A stretch of 64,000 bases of DNA, taken from Bacteriovoracaceae bacterium. GTDB taxonomy: Bacteria > Bdellovibrionota > Bacteriovoracia > Bacteriovoracales > Bacteriovoracaceae. The DNA lies in the NCBI GenBank assembly GCA_048270185.1, contig JBLWTJ010000003.1, forward strand, positions 1 through 64,000, written 5' to 3'. Numbering within the stretch: position 1 is the stretch's first letter; each line of letters starts with the position of its first letter. A program made the position numbers and the translations under genes. The notes beneath the pieces are model-generated. The model did not search any database and was not told where the DNA came from. It saw nothing but the letters and a program-made list of their open reading frames with translations. Below are positions 50,367-59,395 of this stretch, in pieces.

Positions 50367-51389
50367 TTATTGTTGGTATACACATCTCATTAGCTTTCCA
50401 AGATTATCTCCCATCGAATTTTGAAGTGGCCCAAAGTGATTATAGGCCCATCCTGCATAGAAGTGTGGTGTCACACAACGATTTGCTGGTGCTTTATTTT
50501 CATTACTTGGATGTGTATTCTTCGCCTTTGTCGTGTGTAATTGAACATTGAAAGTCTGTAATAACTTATGAACACCACAGTAAGCATTAAAGTCTTGTGA
50601 TACTGAACCTAAGGTTCTTATTAATCCATTTTGCGATTTATCTGTTATTTTACAACTTGAATAGCTACGGTTCCAATCCTTAATACACGGACTAATATTT
50701 CCATAGCGATTAGGTGTAAATTGATACATTCCAATATTTAGACGACTCTCTTTAGGTTGAAGTTTGTCATAGTAGAACTTCACTCCAGCTGGTTTTTGGT
50801 AGTCACTTGGAGCATATTTTTTTGCTACATTTTGGCTACTTCTTAAATCTGCTGTTGAAAGACTTTCTTTATAGGCAAGACAGCCAAAGAACTTTCCCCA
50901 CAACTTTTTAAGTTCAGTAGGATTTGTCTTTCTTAGACGGTTGTGATCATTTGCAAAACGATTTGCGAGGGCAATTGTTTCGTCAGTAGGTAGCTTTTTA
51001 ATTGTTTTTGATAGACTTTCCTTCGTCACCTCACATAGGGGGTGTGATATAAGGCTTACTTCTTGATATTTTGAGGTATCACTTGGCATTTTAAAGGCCG
51101 AGGCCACTGACAGGGACATTTTTCTCTTAACACTTAATTCATTGATAAAGAAGCCAAGACCGTCGGCAAAACGATTGTGTCCTTTTAAATTATCAAGACA
51201 TGAATCAGTATCTCGTTGGGCCGAAAGCTCACTGCTTTGAAGATAAGTATCAACTTCTGTTGCAATTTCATCGGCAACACTAGTCCAAGCAAGCTGGTTT
51301 TGCGCGTCAGCATGGACGGCCTTAGTTGAAGACATTGCAAAACTCTGAAATGATAAAACTGCTAGAATTGTTAATACACTCGTTCTCAT
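50367..51389 (-). CDS. Secreted Cys-containing hypothetical protein, possible lysozyme-like fold
   Basis: Signal peptide; LAYKES and IGMYQF resemble lytic-transglycosylase motifs. Confidence 0.6.
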   Translation of the reverse strand: MRTSVLTILAVLSFQSFAMSSTKAVHADAQNQLAWTSVADEIATEVDTYLQSSELSAQRDTDSCLDNLKGHNRFADGLGFFINELSVKRKMSLSVASAFKMPSDTSKYQEVSLISHPLCEVTKESLSKTIKKLPTDETIALANRFANDHNRLRKTNPTELKKLWGKFFGCLAYKESLSTADLRSSQNVAKKYAPSDYQKPAGVKFYYDKLQPKESRLNIGMYQFTPNRYGNISPCIKDWNRSYSSCKITDKSQNGLIRTLGSVSQDFNAYCGVHKLLQTFNVQLHTTKAKNTHPSNENKAPANRCVTPHFYAGWAYNHFGPLQNSMGDNLGKLMRCVYQQ

Positions 51390-51578
51390 TAAGAGTCTCC
51401 TTAAATATTATCTATTGTTTAAACATAACAAATACCTCAATAAATGCGACTATATTGTAGATTCTTCTGTGCTGTCTAGACGCTGTACATTAGGTAAGTG
51501 TTTAATATTATTATACTTGTTTAGTCGTTCAGGCGTACGATATAATATATTGAATTAACTAAGATAATTAAGGCCAAC

Positions 51579-52865
51579 TTGAATCGTAACTTCAAACTTA
51601 TATTAATACCTATTCTTATCTTCTCATTTATTGAGATCAGTAGCTTCTTTTTAAGAAGCGGTAACCAAAATGAATATGAATCTCGTTATTCAAATACTCA
51701 AATTGATCATTCAAAAATAAGAATAGTTTGTATTGGAGAGTCCACAACTGATGGTGCATATCCTCGTTTTCTACAAACTGCACTTGATAAGAAGTGGCCA
51801 GGAAAGTATCAGGTTTTCGATTTTGGTAAGACAAGCGTAACAACTTTCTACTTTAAGGAAAATATTGATCGTATCTTAAAACTTACGAGGCCACATTATG
51901 TTATTTCCATGTTGGGAATTAATGATACCTTTGAGTTATCTCGAAATAATGATCAGAACAATTCTTGGTATTCGAAACTTTTAACATATCGGATTTTTCT
52001 TTTAATAAAAGATCTCAGTAATAACGATCTTGAAGAGCAGGCAATTCGTCTTCTTTCTGTTGGTAGGGAAGGAGAAGCATTAAGATTAATCGCCATCAAA
52101 AAGTTATTTACCTCTAAACTTAAGCAAAATACTTATAGTACGCTAATTGATTACTATAGCAATGTTAGAAAAGATCTCACGAAGGCACTCGAACTTTCGA
52201 ACGAGGCATACGATTACTATCAAAATGATAATATAAGAATGGACCGCCTTTGGGTTTTACTAGACTTAAAAGATGAGCAAGCAGTCAAGGCCGAATTAGA
52301 TTATTTCAAAATGGCCTCGAATGACTTTAATGATGATCTTGGTGTATTTTATTCACAAGGCCTAGAGAATAATGATGAAGCTTTTGCTTATTTTGAAAAG
52401 GCCAGTAAAACAAACTCTCTTGATCACCAATCAAAAAGTCTATACGCAAGATTGCTAATTAAAAAGGGGATGATTAAAGAGGCCAATGAAATTCTAGCAT
52501 ATGAAGGGTATGTAAACCCTATTATGAGTATCGAAGAATCACGCTTTACTAATTATACTCAGAGTAATCTAAAGAGTATTTATGAAAGAATTTTAGATTC
52601 TGGTAGTAAGCTTTATCTTTTAAATTATCCTCTTAGGCCGATTGCTCCTCAAGTTCACCTGTTTAAGGACTTAGAAATCACAGGCTATATTGAAAATATT
52701 AACAACTTTAATTTGTTAATTAAACAAAGGGGAAGGGATAATATCTTCACTGATTATTTTGCTGGTGATTTTGGACACGTCGGTGATTTAGGAAATCAAG
52801 CAATTGTTGAACAAATTATGAAAGCACTTTTTACGAAGACAAAGGAATCAAATGTCACATTTTAA
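51579..52865 (+). CDS. SGNH/GDSL hydrolase with TPR-like insert
   Basis: CIGESTT, LGIND, DFGH blocks; helical repeat insert. Confidence 0.75.
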   Translation: MNRNFKLILIPILIFSFIEISSFFLRSGNQNEYESRYSNTQIDHSKIRIVCIGESTTDGAYPRFLQTALDKKWPGKYQVFDFGKTSVTTFYFKENIDRILKLTRPHYVISMLGINDTFELSRNNDQNNSWYSKLLTYRIFLLIKDLSNNDLEEQAIRLLSVGREGEALRLIAIKKLFTSKLKQNTYSTLIDYYSNVRKDLTKALELSNEAYDYYQNDNIRMDRLWVLLDLKDEQAVKAELDYFKMASNDFNDDLGVFYSQGLENNDEAFAYFEKASKTNSLDHQSKSLYARLLIKKGMIKEANEILAYEGYVNPIMSIEESRFTNYTQSNLKSIYERILDSGSKLYLLNYPLRPIAPQVHLFKDLEITGYIENINNFNLLIKQRGRDNIFTDYFAGDFGHVGDLGNQAIVEQIMKALFTKTKESNVTF

Positions 52866-53451
52866 TAATGCTGCAAATACATGGGATAGTCCCGATAAAA
52901 TTAAATCAATGAGTATTCTTGCTCAGGATATGATTGAAAGAATAGGGCTTAAATTAAATGAAGAATTAGATATTCTTGATTTTGGGTGTGGAACAGGTTT
53001 ATTGGGCCTTGAGTTTATACAATATGCAAAGACAATTACTGGTGTTGATACTTCGGAAGGTATGCTTGATGTATTTAATAAGAAAGTAATTGATCATGAT
53101 CATATAAACTCTCTTAGGATTGATTTAGAATTAACTGAGTTGAATAAAACTTTTGATCTTGTGGTTAGTGCTATGGCATTTCATCATTTAACAAGTCCAG
53201 ATAAGGTGCTTTTAAAACTTTCAAAGATGTTAAATGAAGGTGGGCGTATTGCTATTGTTGATCTCGAAACAGAAGATGGAAGTTTTCATCCAAGGCCAAT
53301 GGAAATGGGTGTAAAACATTTTGGATTTTCAAAGCAAGAGCTTGAGAGTTGGGCAAAGGAAGCTGGATTAAAAGTTGATGTTAGTCGAATTGCAACGAAA
53401 CAAAAGAACGATCGCGATTATCATCAGTTTCTTGCGGTTTTTACAAAATAG
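52852..53451 (+). CDS. Class I SAM methyltransferase
   Basis: LDFGCGTG, VDTSEGML, MAFHH. Confidence 0.88.
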   Translation: MSHFNNAANTWDSPDKIKSMSILAQDMIERIGLKLNEELDILDFGCGTGLLGLEFIQYAKTITGVDTSEGMLDVFNKKVIDHDHINSLRIDLELTELNKTFDLVVSAMAFHHLTSPDKVLLKLSKMLNEGGRIAIVDLETEDGSFHPRPMEMGVKHFGFSKQELESWAKEAGLKVDVSRIATKQKNDRDYHQFLAVFTK

Positions 53452-53466
53452 AGAAGAGCGGTATTT

Positions 53467-54297
53467 ATGAAAATTGGAATTATTGGTGGAAGTGGGCTTT
53501 ATGACCTGGCCTTATTTGAAAGTGTTGAATCGTTAGATATGATTACGCCTTTTGGTAGACCAAGTAGTAATGTTGAACATTTAAAATTTAATGAGACATC
53601 TTTCTACTTTATTCCAAGACATGGTGTTGGCCATCGTATTAATCCATCAGAGATTAACTACCGAGCGAATATTTACGCCTTAAAAGAATTAGGTGTTACC
53701 CATATTATTTCAATTTCTGCTGTAGGGTCTTTAAAAGAAGAAGTAGCTCCAGGGGATTTCTTTATTCCTGATCAATTCATTGATTGGACAAAGGGCCTGC
53801 GTTCTCGCAGTTTCTTTGAAGATGGTGTTGTTGGACATGTTTCTGTGGCCGATCCGATTGAAATGAATTTAGTTAGGCGAATTAAAGAACTAGAGGCAAG
53901 TGTAAGCACTAAGTTTCATTTTGGTGGAAGTTATATTTGTATTGAGGGGCCACAATACTCAACACGTGCTGAATCTCATTTGTATCGATCTTTCGGTGCA
54001 AGTATTATTGGGATGACAAATGTTCCAGAGAGTTTCTTGGCGAAAGAGGCGGGGATAGCATATGCAACAATTGCGCTTGTGACTGATTACGATGGTTGGA
54101 AGGATGAAGTCTGCTCATTAGAAGAGATAACAAATGTTATTGATAATAATATTGCAAATGTGAAAGAATTTTTAACGATATTAATTCCTAGTCTCGCTCA
54201 AAGTCCTGTTGAATTCGATAAGGCCAATAGTAATGCTATTGTAACTCAGGGGAATCTTTCTAAAAAACAGCAGGATACTTTAAAAGTTCTATTGTAA
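53467..54297 (+). CDS. mtnP: 5'-methylthioadenosine/MTI phosphorylase
   Basis: IGIIGGSG, PRHG..NYRANI, EGPQYSTRAES, GMT..LVTDYD. Confidence 0.88.
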   Translation: MKIGIIGGSGLYDLALFESVESLDMITPFGRPSSNVEHLKFNETSFYFIPRHGVGHRINPSEINYRANIYALKELGVTHIISISAVGSLKEEVAPGDFFIPDQFIDWTKGLRSRSFFEDGVVGHVSVADPIEMNLVRRIKELEASVSTKFHFGGSYICIEGPQYSTRAESHLYRSFGASIIGMTNVPESFLAKEAGIAYATIALVTDYDGWKDEVCSLEEITNVIDNNIANVKEFLTILIPSLAQSPVEFDKANSNAIVTQGNLSKKQQDTLKVLL

Positions 54298-54333
54298 CTT
54301 GGCACTTTGTATTTTTAGAAATATAAGTTTGCT

Positions 54334-54903
54334 ATGGTAAATTATTTTGAAGTTATTATTGTAGGACTTGTTCTTTGTGCTGATTCATTTTCTGCCGCTG
54401 TTGCAATGGGGGCCAGGCCACATAAATTTAGTGATTCTTTAAAGTTTGCTTTTTCTTCAGGTGGAGCTGAGGCATTTGTTGCTTTCTTAGGTGCTATTGC
54501 AGGGGCCAAGATTATTGCTCAATTTGATTATATTGATCATTGGATTTCATTTGCTCTCTTAACTGGAGTTGCCATTCATATGGCATGGGAAGGTTATGAA
54601 GAACTTAGCGGTAAGCATGATTGTGAAGAAGAAGCACCAAAACAATTTCATTCATTTTTTAAAGTAATTCTCGTTTCATTTGCAACAAGTCTTGATGCCT
54701 TTGCCGTGGGTGTAACAATTGGTGCCTCTGGTAAAGTCCTAGGTCCTTATATTGCTTCTATTGGAAGTTGGGCATTTTGTTCAACAATCATTGGAATGAG
54801 TATTGCAAAGCGCGCCTCAGACAAATTGGGCCCAATATTCAGCTTAATTGCTGCAAGTATTTTACAAATTCTTGCAATTAAATTTCTCGTTGAAGGCCTG
54901 TAA
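54334..54903 (+). CDS. mntP: Manganese efflux pump MntP family
   Basis: ADSFSAAV, DHWI, ATSLDAFAVG. Confidence 0.85.
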   Translation: MVNYFEVIIVGLVLCADSFSAAVAMGARPHKFSDSLKFAFSSGGAEAFVAFLGAIAGAKIIAQFDYIDHWISFALLTGVAIHMAWEGYEELSGKHDCEEEAPKQFHSFFKVILVSFATSLDAFAVGVTIGASGKVLGPYIASIGSWAFCSTIIGMSIAKRASDKLGPIFSLIAASILQILAIKFLVEGL

Positions 54904-54977
54904 GCTCTTTTGGCTACTCAAATTGGCAAATTACATCGAATTGATTACAATTTTAGAAAAAGAAAATAGGTGTATAT

Positions 54978-55604
54978 ATGGATATTCAAAAGATTATTGA
55001 AAATAATAAGGAATGGATTAAGACAAAGCTTGGTGAAGATGCTGACTTCTTTAACAAGTTAGGTGCTGGTCAAAATCCAAATATTCTCTATATTGGCTGT
55101 TCCGACTCTCGTGTCACAGCAGAAGAGATGATGGGAGCTGGCCCTGGGGAAATGTTTGTTCACCGAAATATTGCCAATATGGTTATTAGTAATGACTTAA
55201 GTGCCATGGGTGTAATTAACTATGCTGTAAGCCACTTAAAAGTTGATCACATAATTGTATGTGGACATTATGGGTGTGGTGGAATTAAGGCCGCAATGGA
55301 AAGCCAAGACCTTGGTATTTTAAATCCATGGCTTAGAAATATTCGTGATGTGTATCGTCTACATAAGAATACTCTTAATGCAATTGAAGATGAGCAAGAA
55401 CGCTATAAGAAACTTGTTGAGCTAAACGTTCAAGAACAGTGTATCAATACAATTAAGACGGCCGATGTTCAAAGAGCAAACCGAGAAAGAGGTTTACGAG
55501 TATATGGTTGGGTATTTGACGTAAAAACAGGTGTTTTAAAGGACCTAAGTATCGATTTTGATAAGGCCCTTGAGAATATCATGGAAATTTATCACCTCGA
55601 CTAG
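54978..55604 (+). CDS. can: Beta carbonic anhydrase
   Basis: IGCSDSRV, FVHRNIAN, CGHYGCGG. Confidence 0.95.
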   Translation: MDIQKIIENNKEWIKTKLGEDADFFNKLGAGQNPNILYIGCSDSRVTAEEMMGAGPGEMFVHRNIANMVISNDLSAMGVINYAVSHLKVDHIIVCGHYGCGGIKAAMESQDLGILNPWLRNIRDVYRLHKNTLNAIEDEQERYKKLVELNVQEQCINTIKTADVQRANRERGLRVYGWVFDVKTGVLKDLSIDFDKALENIMEIYHLD

Positions 55605-55654
55605 TGTCAGAAGACTGACTTTTTCTTACATTAGCTAATCTAAACGGTTAAACT

Positions 55655-55716
55655 TTCAGACTAAATTTATTTTCTCCTCATTATTAGATATAAGGAGAAA
55701 TTATTATTAGTCTGAA
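55655..55716. repeat. Long interrupted inverted repeat in the 5' region of 55723
   Basis: TTCAGACTAA/TTAGTCTGAA outer stem and TTTCTCCT/AGGAGAAA inner stem. Confidence 0.75.
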
Positions 55717-55722
55717 GGTTAT

Positions 55723-56496
55723 ATGAAAAATCAATTAGTTAAGTCGTTTACCTGCCTGTCTATGACATGTGCTTCACTGCAGTCGCTTGCATTAGAACCA
55801 AAAGTGACCATCGGCTTTGGTGAGTACAATATTTCAACTGTCTGCTTTGATAGTGGAATAATTCGCTTAAAGAATAATTTCTTAATTAATAGGCCAGTAG
55901 TCGAGACGATTAAGTTTAAGCTTGAAAACGGTGAGACTTTCTATAAGACAGATTTCACAAGTCAAAAGATTCGTTTCTATAATCGAGAAACAAAGAATTA
56001 TGAAAACCACTTCATCGCTGAATGCTCAGATCAATTAGTATCAGAATTTATTTCTAAACCAATTGTCAAAGAAGTTGAGCCAAGTACAGCTCAAGCAGTT
56101 ATTTATGGAAACCTACTCAATAATAATATTAATGATATTTTCCAAGTAGAGTGGAAGCGTTATGGAAGTATGGATAATTATATTCGCTATCATGGTGAAG
56201 AAGATCGTCTATATATGTCCAAAGATTTTAGCGTTAAAAGCTCTGATGTTGATTGGAGTCGATACGATCATTGGAGAGACTTTTCAACGATCTATCGCGG
56301 TGGAGATCGCTCTGGTGGTGGCTCTGATGATATTACTATTAGTTTTAAATTCGACTATGAGAGTCTTGGTCGCTTATCGAAGAAGAATAATAAAATTAAT
56401 GAGTGGTTTGGATTCACGAATACTTATGAGCGAGTAATCTTTGAGAGGAAATCCCTTCCAAAGAGCTTAATGTTTATTAAGGATACGCCTAAGTAA
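55723..56496 (+). CDS. Secreted hypothetical protein
   Basis: Signal-peptide-like N-terminus; TAATG coupled to the next gene. Confidence 0.68.
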   Translation: MKNQLVKSFTCLSMTCASLQSLALEPKVTIGFGEYNISTVCFDSGIIRLKNNFLINRPVVETIKFKLENGETFYKTDFTSQKIRFYNRETKNYENHFIAECSDQLVSEFISKPIVKEVEPSTAQAVIYGNLLNNNINDIFQVEWKRYGSMDNYIRYHGEEDRLYMSKDFSVKSSDVDWSRYDHWRDFSTIYRGGDRSGGGSDDITISFKFDYESLGRLSKKNNKINEWFGFTNTYERVIFERKSLPKSLMFIKDTPK

Positions 56497-57230
56497 TGAA
56501 TGCTGTAAGTGAATTATCCACACTTATTCATGACTATCTTGCGAGTCACTCGAACTTGAGTACCAATGCTATCGCAAGGTATTCTGGAGTTGCTGAGACG
56601 ACTCTTAGGCGTATTAAAAATGGTGATTTGAAGAGATTGCCAAGTAACGATAATATACTCAAGATTCTTTTCTATCTTTATAAGAGTCGTGACCTAGGGG
56701 AGATCTCTGAGAAAGTACCAGAGGCATTAGGTGAGCACTTAAAGAAAGAATACCAGCAAGTTTTAACTAGTCAGCAGGAAGTAAGTTTTCTGGATGAAAG
56801 TATTATTCAGAATGAAGTTGATTATCTCATCTTAATTCTAGCTTCTAATACAAGTGGTGTTCATAAGGATGAGATTACACGTCAATTTGGTTTACTTGGT
56901 CATAGTCAAGCTAATACATTAATCGAGAAAGAGATTATTAAACGTGAGGGAGACTATTACAAAAGTTGTATTCAGAGCTTTCGTGTCAGTGACTCTCTCT
57001 TTGTTAAGAACTTTAAGGCCATGGCCAATTACATCAAAGTGGATCGAGAGAAAAGAGAACACTCAAACCTTTATTATAATCTTAGTGAATCATTAAATGT
57101 GGATGCTTATCAGAAAGTGCGTTCAATTCAAATTGAAGCTTCTAAGCAGATCATTGAAATACTAAATGATAGTCGTAATCACGGTGATATTCCAATGTTT
57201 AATTTAATTGCAGTTGATACTGTGATGTAA
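56496..57230 (+). CDS. XRE-HTH regulator with TIGR02147/DUF4423-like C-terminus
   Basis: LSTNAIARYSGVAETTLRRI HTH; second winged-helix-like region; SLNVDAYQKV..I.EI C-terminal pattern (family recalled, not searched). Confidence 0.65.
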   Translation: MNAVSELSTLIHDYLASHSNLSTNAIARYSGVAETTLRRIKNGDLKRLPSNDNILKILFYLYKSRDLGEISEKVPEALGEHLKKEYQQVLTSQQEVSFLDESIIQNEVDYLILILASNTSGVHKDEITRQFGLLGHSQANTLIEKEIIKREGDYYKSCIQSFRVSDSLFVKNFKAMANYIKVDREKREHSNLYYNLSESLNVDAYQKVRSIQIEASKQIIEILNDSRNHGDIPMFNLIAVDTVM

Positions 57231-57237
57231 AAAAAAT

Positions 57238-57262
57238 CGCACTAGATATAATCTAGCGCGAC
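57238..57262. terminator. Hairpin between convergent genes, terminator for the minus-strand gene
   Basis: A run followed by TCGCACTAGA..TCTAGCGCGA stem. Confidence 0.6.
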
Positions 57263-57293
57263 TTTCTTAAGGGAGAGGGGATTAATAATTCTC

Positions 57294-57788
57294 TTATAGA
57301 CACTTAGGGATTGTATAAAGAGAAGATTCAAGTACTTCTTCAACAACACGTGAATCTCTATTAATTCCACCTCTAGTATTCATGCGTACTTTTTGAATTT
57401 CATATGTAAGAGGTCTAACTTTTGAACCGTGTCCAATTTTGATACATCCGTATTCACCATCGTGGTCACGTCCAAATTCGGCACAATAAGAGTAGTTCTT
57501 TGTTGCTGCTGCAAATAGGTCTAGGTCACCGTGTCTTAGACATCCATTTTTAGCATCTCTGTACTCATGTGCACTTCTAAATTTACGTGCATATTTCACA
57601 CAACGATTTTGAGCTGGAACGATTGTTTTGAAACTTCCATCTTCAGTTTGGCAAATATTTGTTACTTCTACACTTTGAAATTCAAATCCATTTTCCATAA
57701 GCATTGATGGAGTAAGAGTTGTTACATAAGTGTAAGCCGAAGCTGAAAAAGTTACGAATGATAGTGTAAGTGCAATTAGTTTTTTCAT
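57294..57788 (-). CDS. Secreted Cys-rich hypothetical protein
   Basis: AAGGAG SD, MKKLIALTLSFVTFSASA signal peptide, six Cys, ends YTIPKCL. Confidence 0.78.
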   Translation of the reverse strand: MKKLIALTLSFVTFSASAYTYVTTLTPSMLMENGFEFQSVEVTNICQTEDGSFKTIVPAQNRCVKYARKFRSAHEYRDAKNGCLRHGDLDLFAAATKNYSYCAEFGRDHDGEYGCIKIGHGSKVRPLTYEIQKVRMNTRGGINRDSRVVEEVLESSLYTIPKCL

Positions 57789-57978
57789 TTTAATTCTCCT
57801 TAAAAAAATATGTTTTGTTGAAGCTGTTTTATGGAGACTTATTCAAAAGATCAATAGCGCAATTGCTATAAGTGTCTGTTATCACGCCGCTTTTTAGGAG
57901 TGGCGAAAATGAAGATCTTAAGCTTTTAGAAATTGATTGAAGAATTCGCCACATAAATAAAATGGCGAAGCTAGAATA

Positions 57979-58007
57979 AAAAAAGACCAAGATAAATTCT
58001 TGGTCTT
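57979..58007 (-). terminator. Intrinsic terminator of 58043..58228
   Basis: AAGACCAAGA..TCTTGGTCTT with flanking A/T runs. Confidence 0.7.
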
Positions 58008-58042
58008 CTTTTTTCTTTATAAATTTTTATTTTAATTTTTGA

Positions 58043-58228
58043 TTATGAACCACAACCGATACAATCAACGAAACTATCAACAGGCTTAACTCCATTTAAT
58101 TTCATTTTAATATTGTGGATTTGACCTCTTATATCCATGTCATCCATCATATTACCTGTCAGTTGAGACTCTAGCGCTTCAATTTGCCCAAGTAACTCGT
58201 TCTTTTTTTCCTCTGTTAAATGTGTCAT
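58043..58228 (-). CDS. Small protein with C-terminal CxxC
   Basis: CAGGAG SD, helical 61 aa ending DCIGCGS, own terminator. Confidence 0.75.
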   Translation of the reverse strand: MTHLTEEKKNELLGQIEALESQLTGNMMDDMDIRGQIHNIKMKLNGVKPVDSFVDCIGCGS

Positions 58229-58476
58229 TTATTCTCCTGTGTGTTGTGTGTAGGTGTTTTAAAATTATGGCCCTAGTCAAAAATATTTGCAACTGACTTT
58301 ACCTTTCAAATGCCTCGCATAGACTAGATCATGTAAAGAGAGATGGTCATTCAATAGGTGACTCAAACATTATCTCTTGATTTCTACTGATAAAATTTAA
58401 CAAATCTTATGTGCTATTAAATGGTCCCCCATATTAAGATACTTCTCATATAGTAATAATCAATAAGGAGATTAAT

Positions 58477-59334
58477 ATGATTGCATTAACTGGTGCCTCT
58501 GGGCAGCTTGGACACTTGGTCATTGAAGAATTAGTAAATGAAGGTATTCCATTAAATGAAATTATGGCAGTGGCCCGCTCAACTGATAAATTGGCCAATT
58601 TACAAGAGAAAGGACTCAATGTTCGCTACGCAGATTATGAGAAGCCAGAAACAATTAAGAAGGCCTTAAATGGGGCCACAAGACTTCTTCTTATTTCTGC
58701 TTCGGAAGTAGGTAAACGATTTAAACAACATAAGAATGTCATTGATATGGCCAAGGAGTCGACGGTTGAGTTTATAGCGTATACAAGTATTCTTAAGGCC
58801 GACTCGTCACCGCTATCACTTGCTAAAGAGCACCGAGAAACTGAAGATTATTTAAAGTCAGCTTCGATTCCCTATACTTTTCTTCGTAACGGTTGGTATT
58901 CTGAGAATTACACTCAATTCATTGGTGCCGCCCTTGAATTTGGTCATGTCTCTGGTTGTGCTGGTGACGCTAAATTCTCTTGTGCCGAAAGAAGAGATTA
59001 TGCACTGGCCGCAGCAAAGGTCTTAGCATCAAAAAACCATGCAGGAAAAACATATGAATTAGCTGGAGATACAGCATTCAAGCTGTCTGATTTTGCAAAG
59101 ATGATTTCAGAGCAAGCCGGAAGAAATATTTCTTATGAAAATATATCTCAGGATGAGTTCGCTGCCCTTATGCAAAAGGCAGGTCTTCCTCCTTTACTAG
59201 CAAAGGCGTTGGCCGATGCTGAAAGAGGGGCTTCTAAAGGAGCTCTCTTTGATGACTCTAAGCAATTATCAAGTCTTATCGGTCGTCCAACGACTCCAAT
59301 ACTTGAGTCGATTAAAAAATTTTTACCAAAGTAA
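58477..59334 (+). CDS. qorB: NAD(P)H:quinone oxidoreductase, NmrA/YtfG(QorB)-like
   Basis: TGASGQLG, LLLIS..QH.NVI, YTSIL, LRNGWY.EN, LIGRPTTP. Confidence 0.85.
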   Translation: MIALTGASGQLGHLVIEELVNEGIPLNEIMAVARSTDKLANLQEKGLNVRYADYEKPETIKKALNGATRLLLISASEVGKRFKQHKNVIDMAKESTVEFIAYTSILKADSSPLSLAKEHRETEDYLKSASIPYTFLRNGWYSENYTQFIGAALEFGHVSGCAGDAKFSCAERRDYALAAAKVLASKNHAGKTYELAGDTAFKLSDFAKMISEQAGRNISYENISQDEFAALMQKAGLPPLLAKALADAERGASKGALFDDSKQLSSLIGRPTTPILESIKKFLPK

Positions 59335-59351
59335 GATAAGTCGCAAGAGTA

Positions 59352-59392
59352 GTAATAGTGTCCTTAAAGGCTTTTGTTCAGGGCACTATTAC
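59352..59392. terminator. Hairpin between convergent genes
   Basis: GTAATAGTGTCCT..AGGGCACTATTAC 13-bp stem with one G-T pair. Confidence 0.6.
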
Positions 59393-59395
59393 ATT

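Noticed and set aside
54298..54333. yybP-ykoY Mn riboswitch before mntP
   Set aside because: The intergenic gap is only 36 nt and has no such structure.
58335..58380. DGHSIGD peptide resembling a GGDEF-domain remnant
   Set aside because: A seven-residue match in a short frame is compatible with chance.
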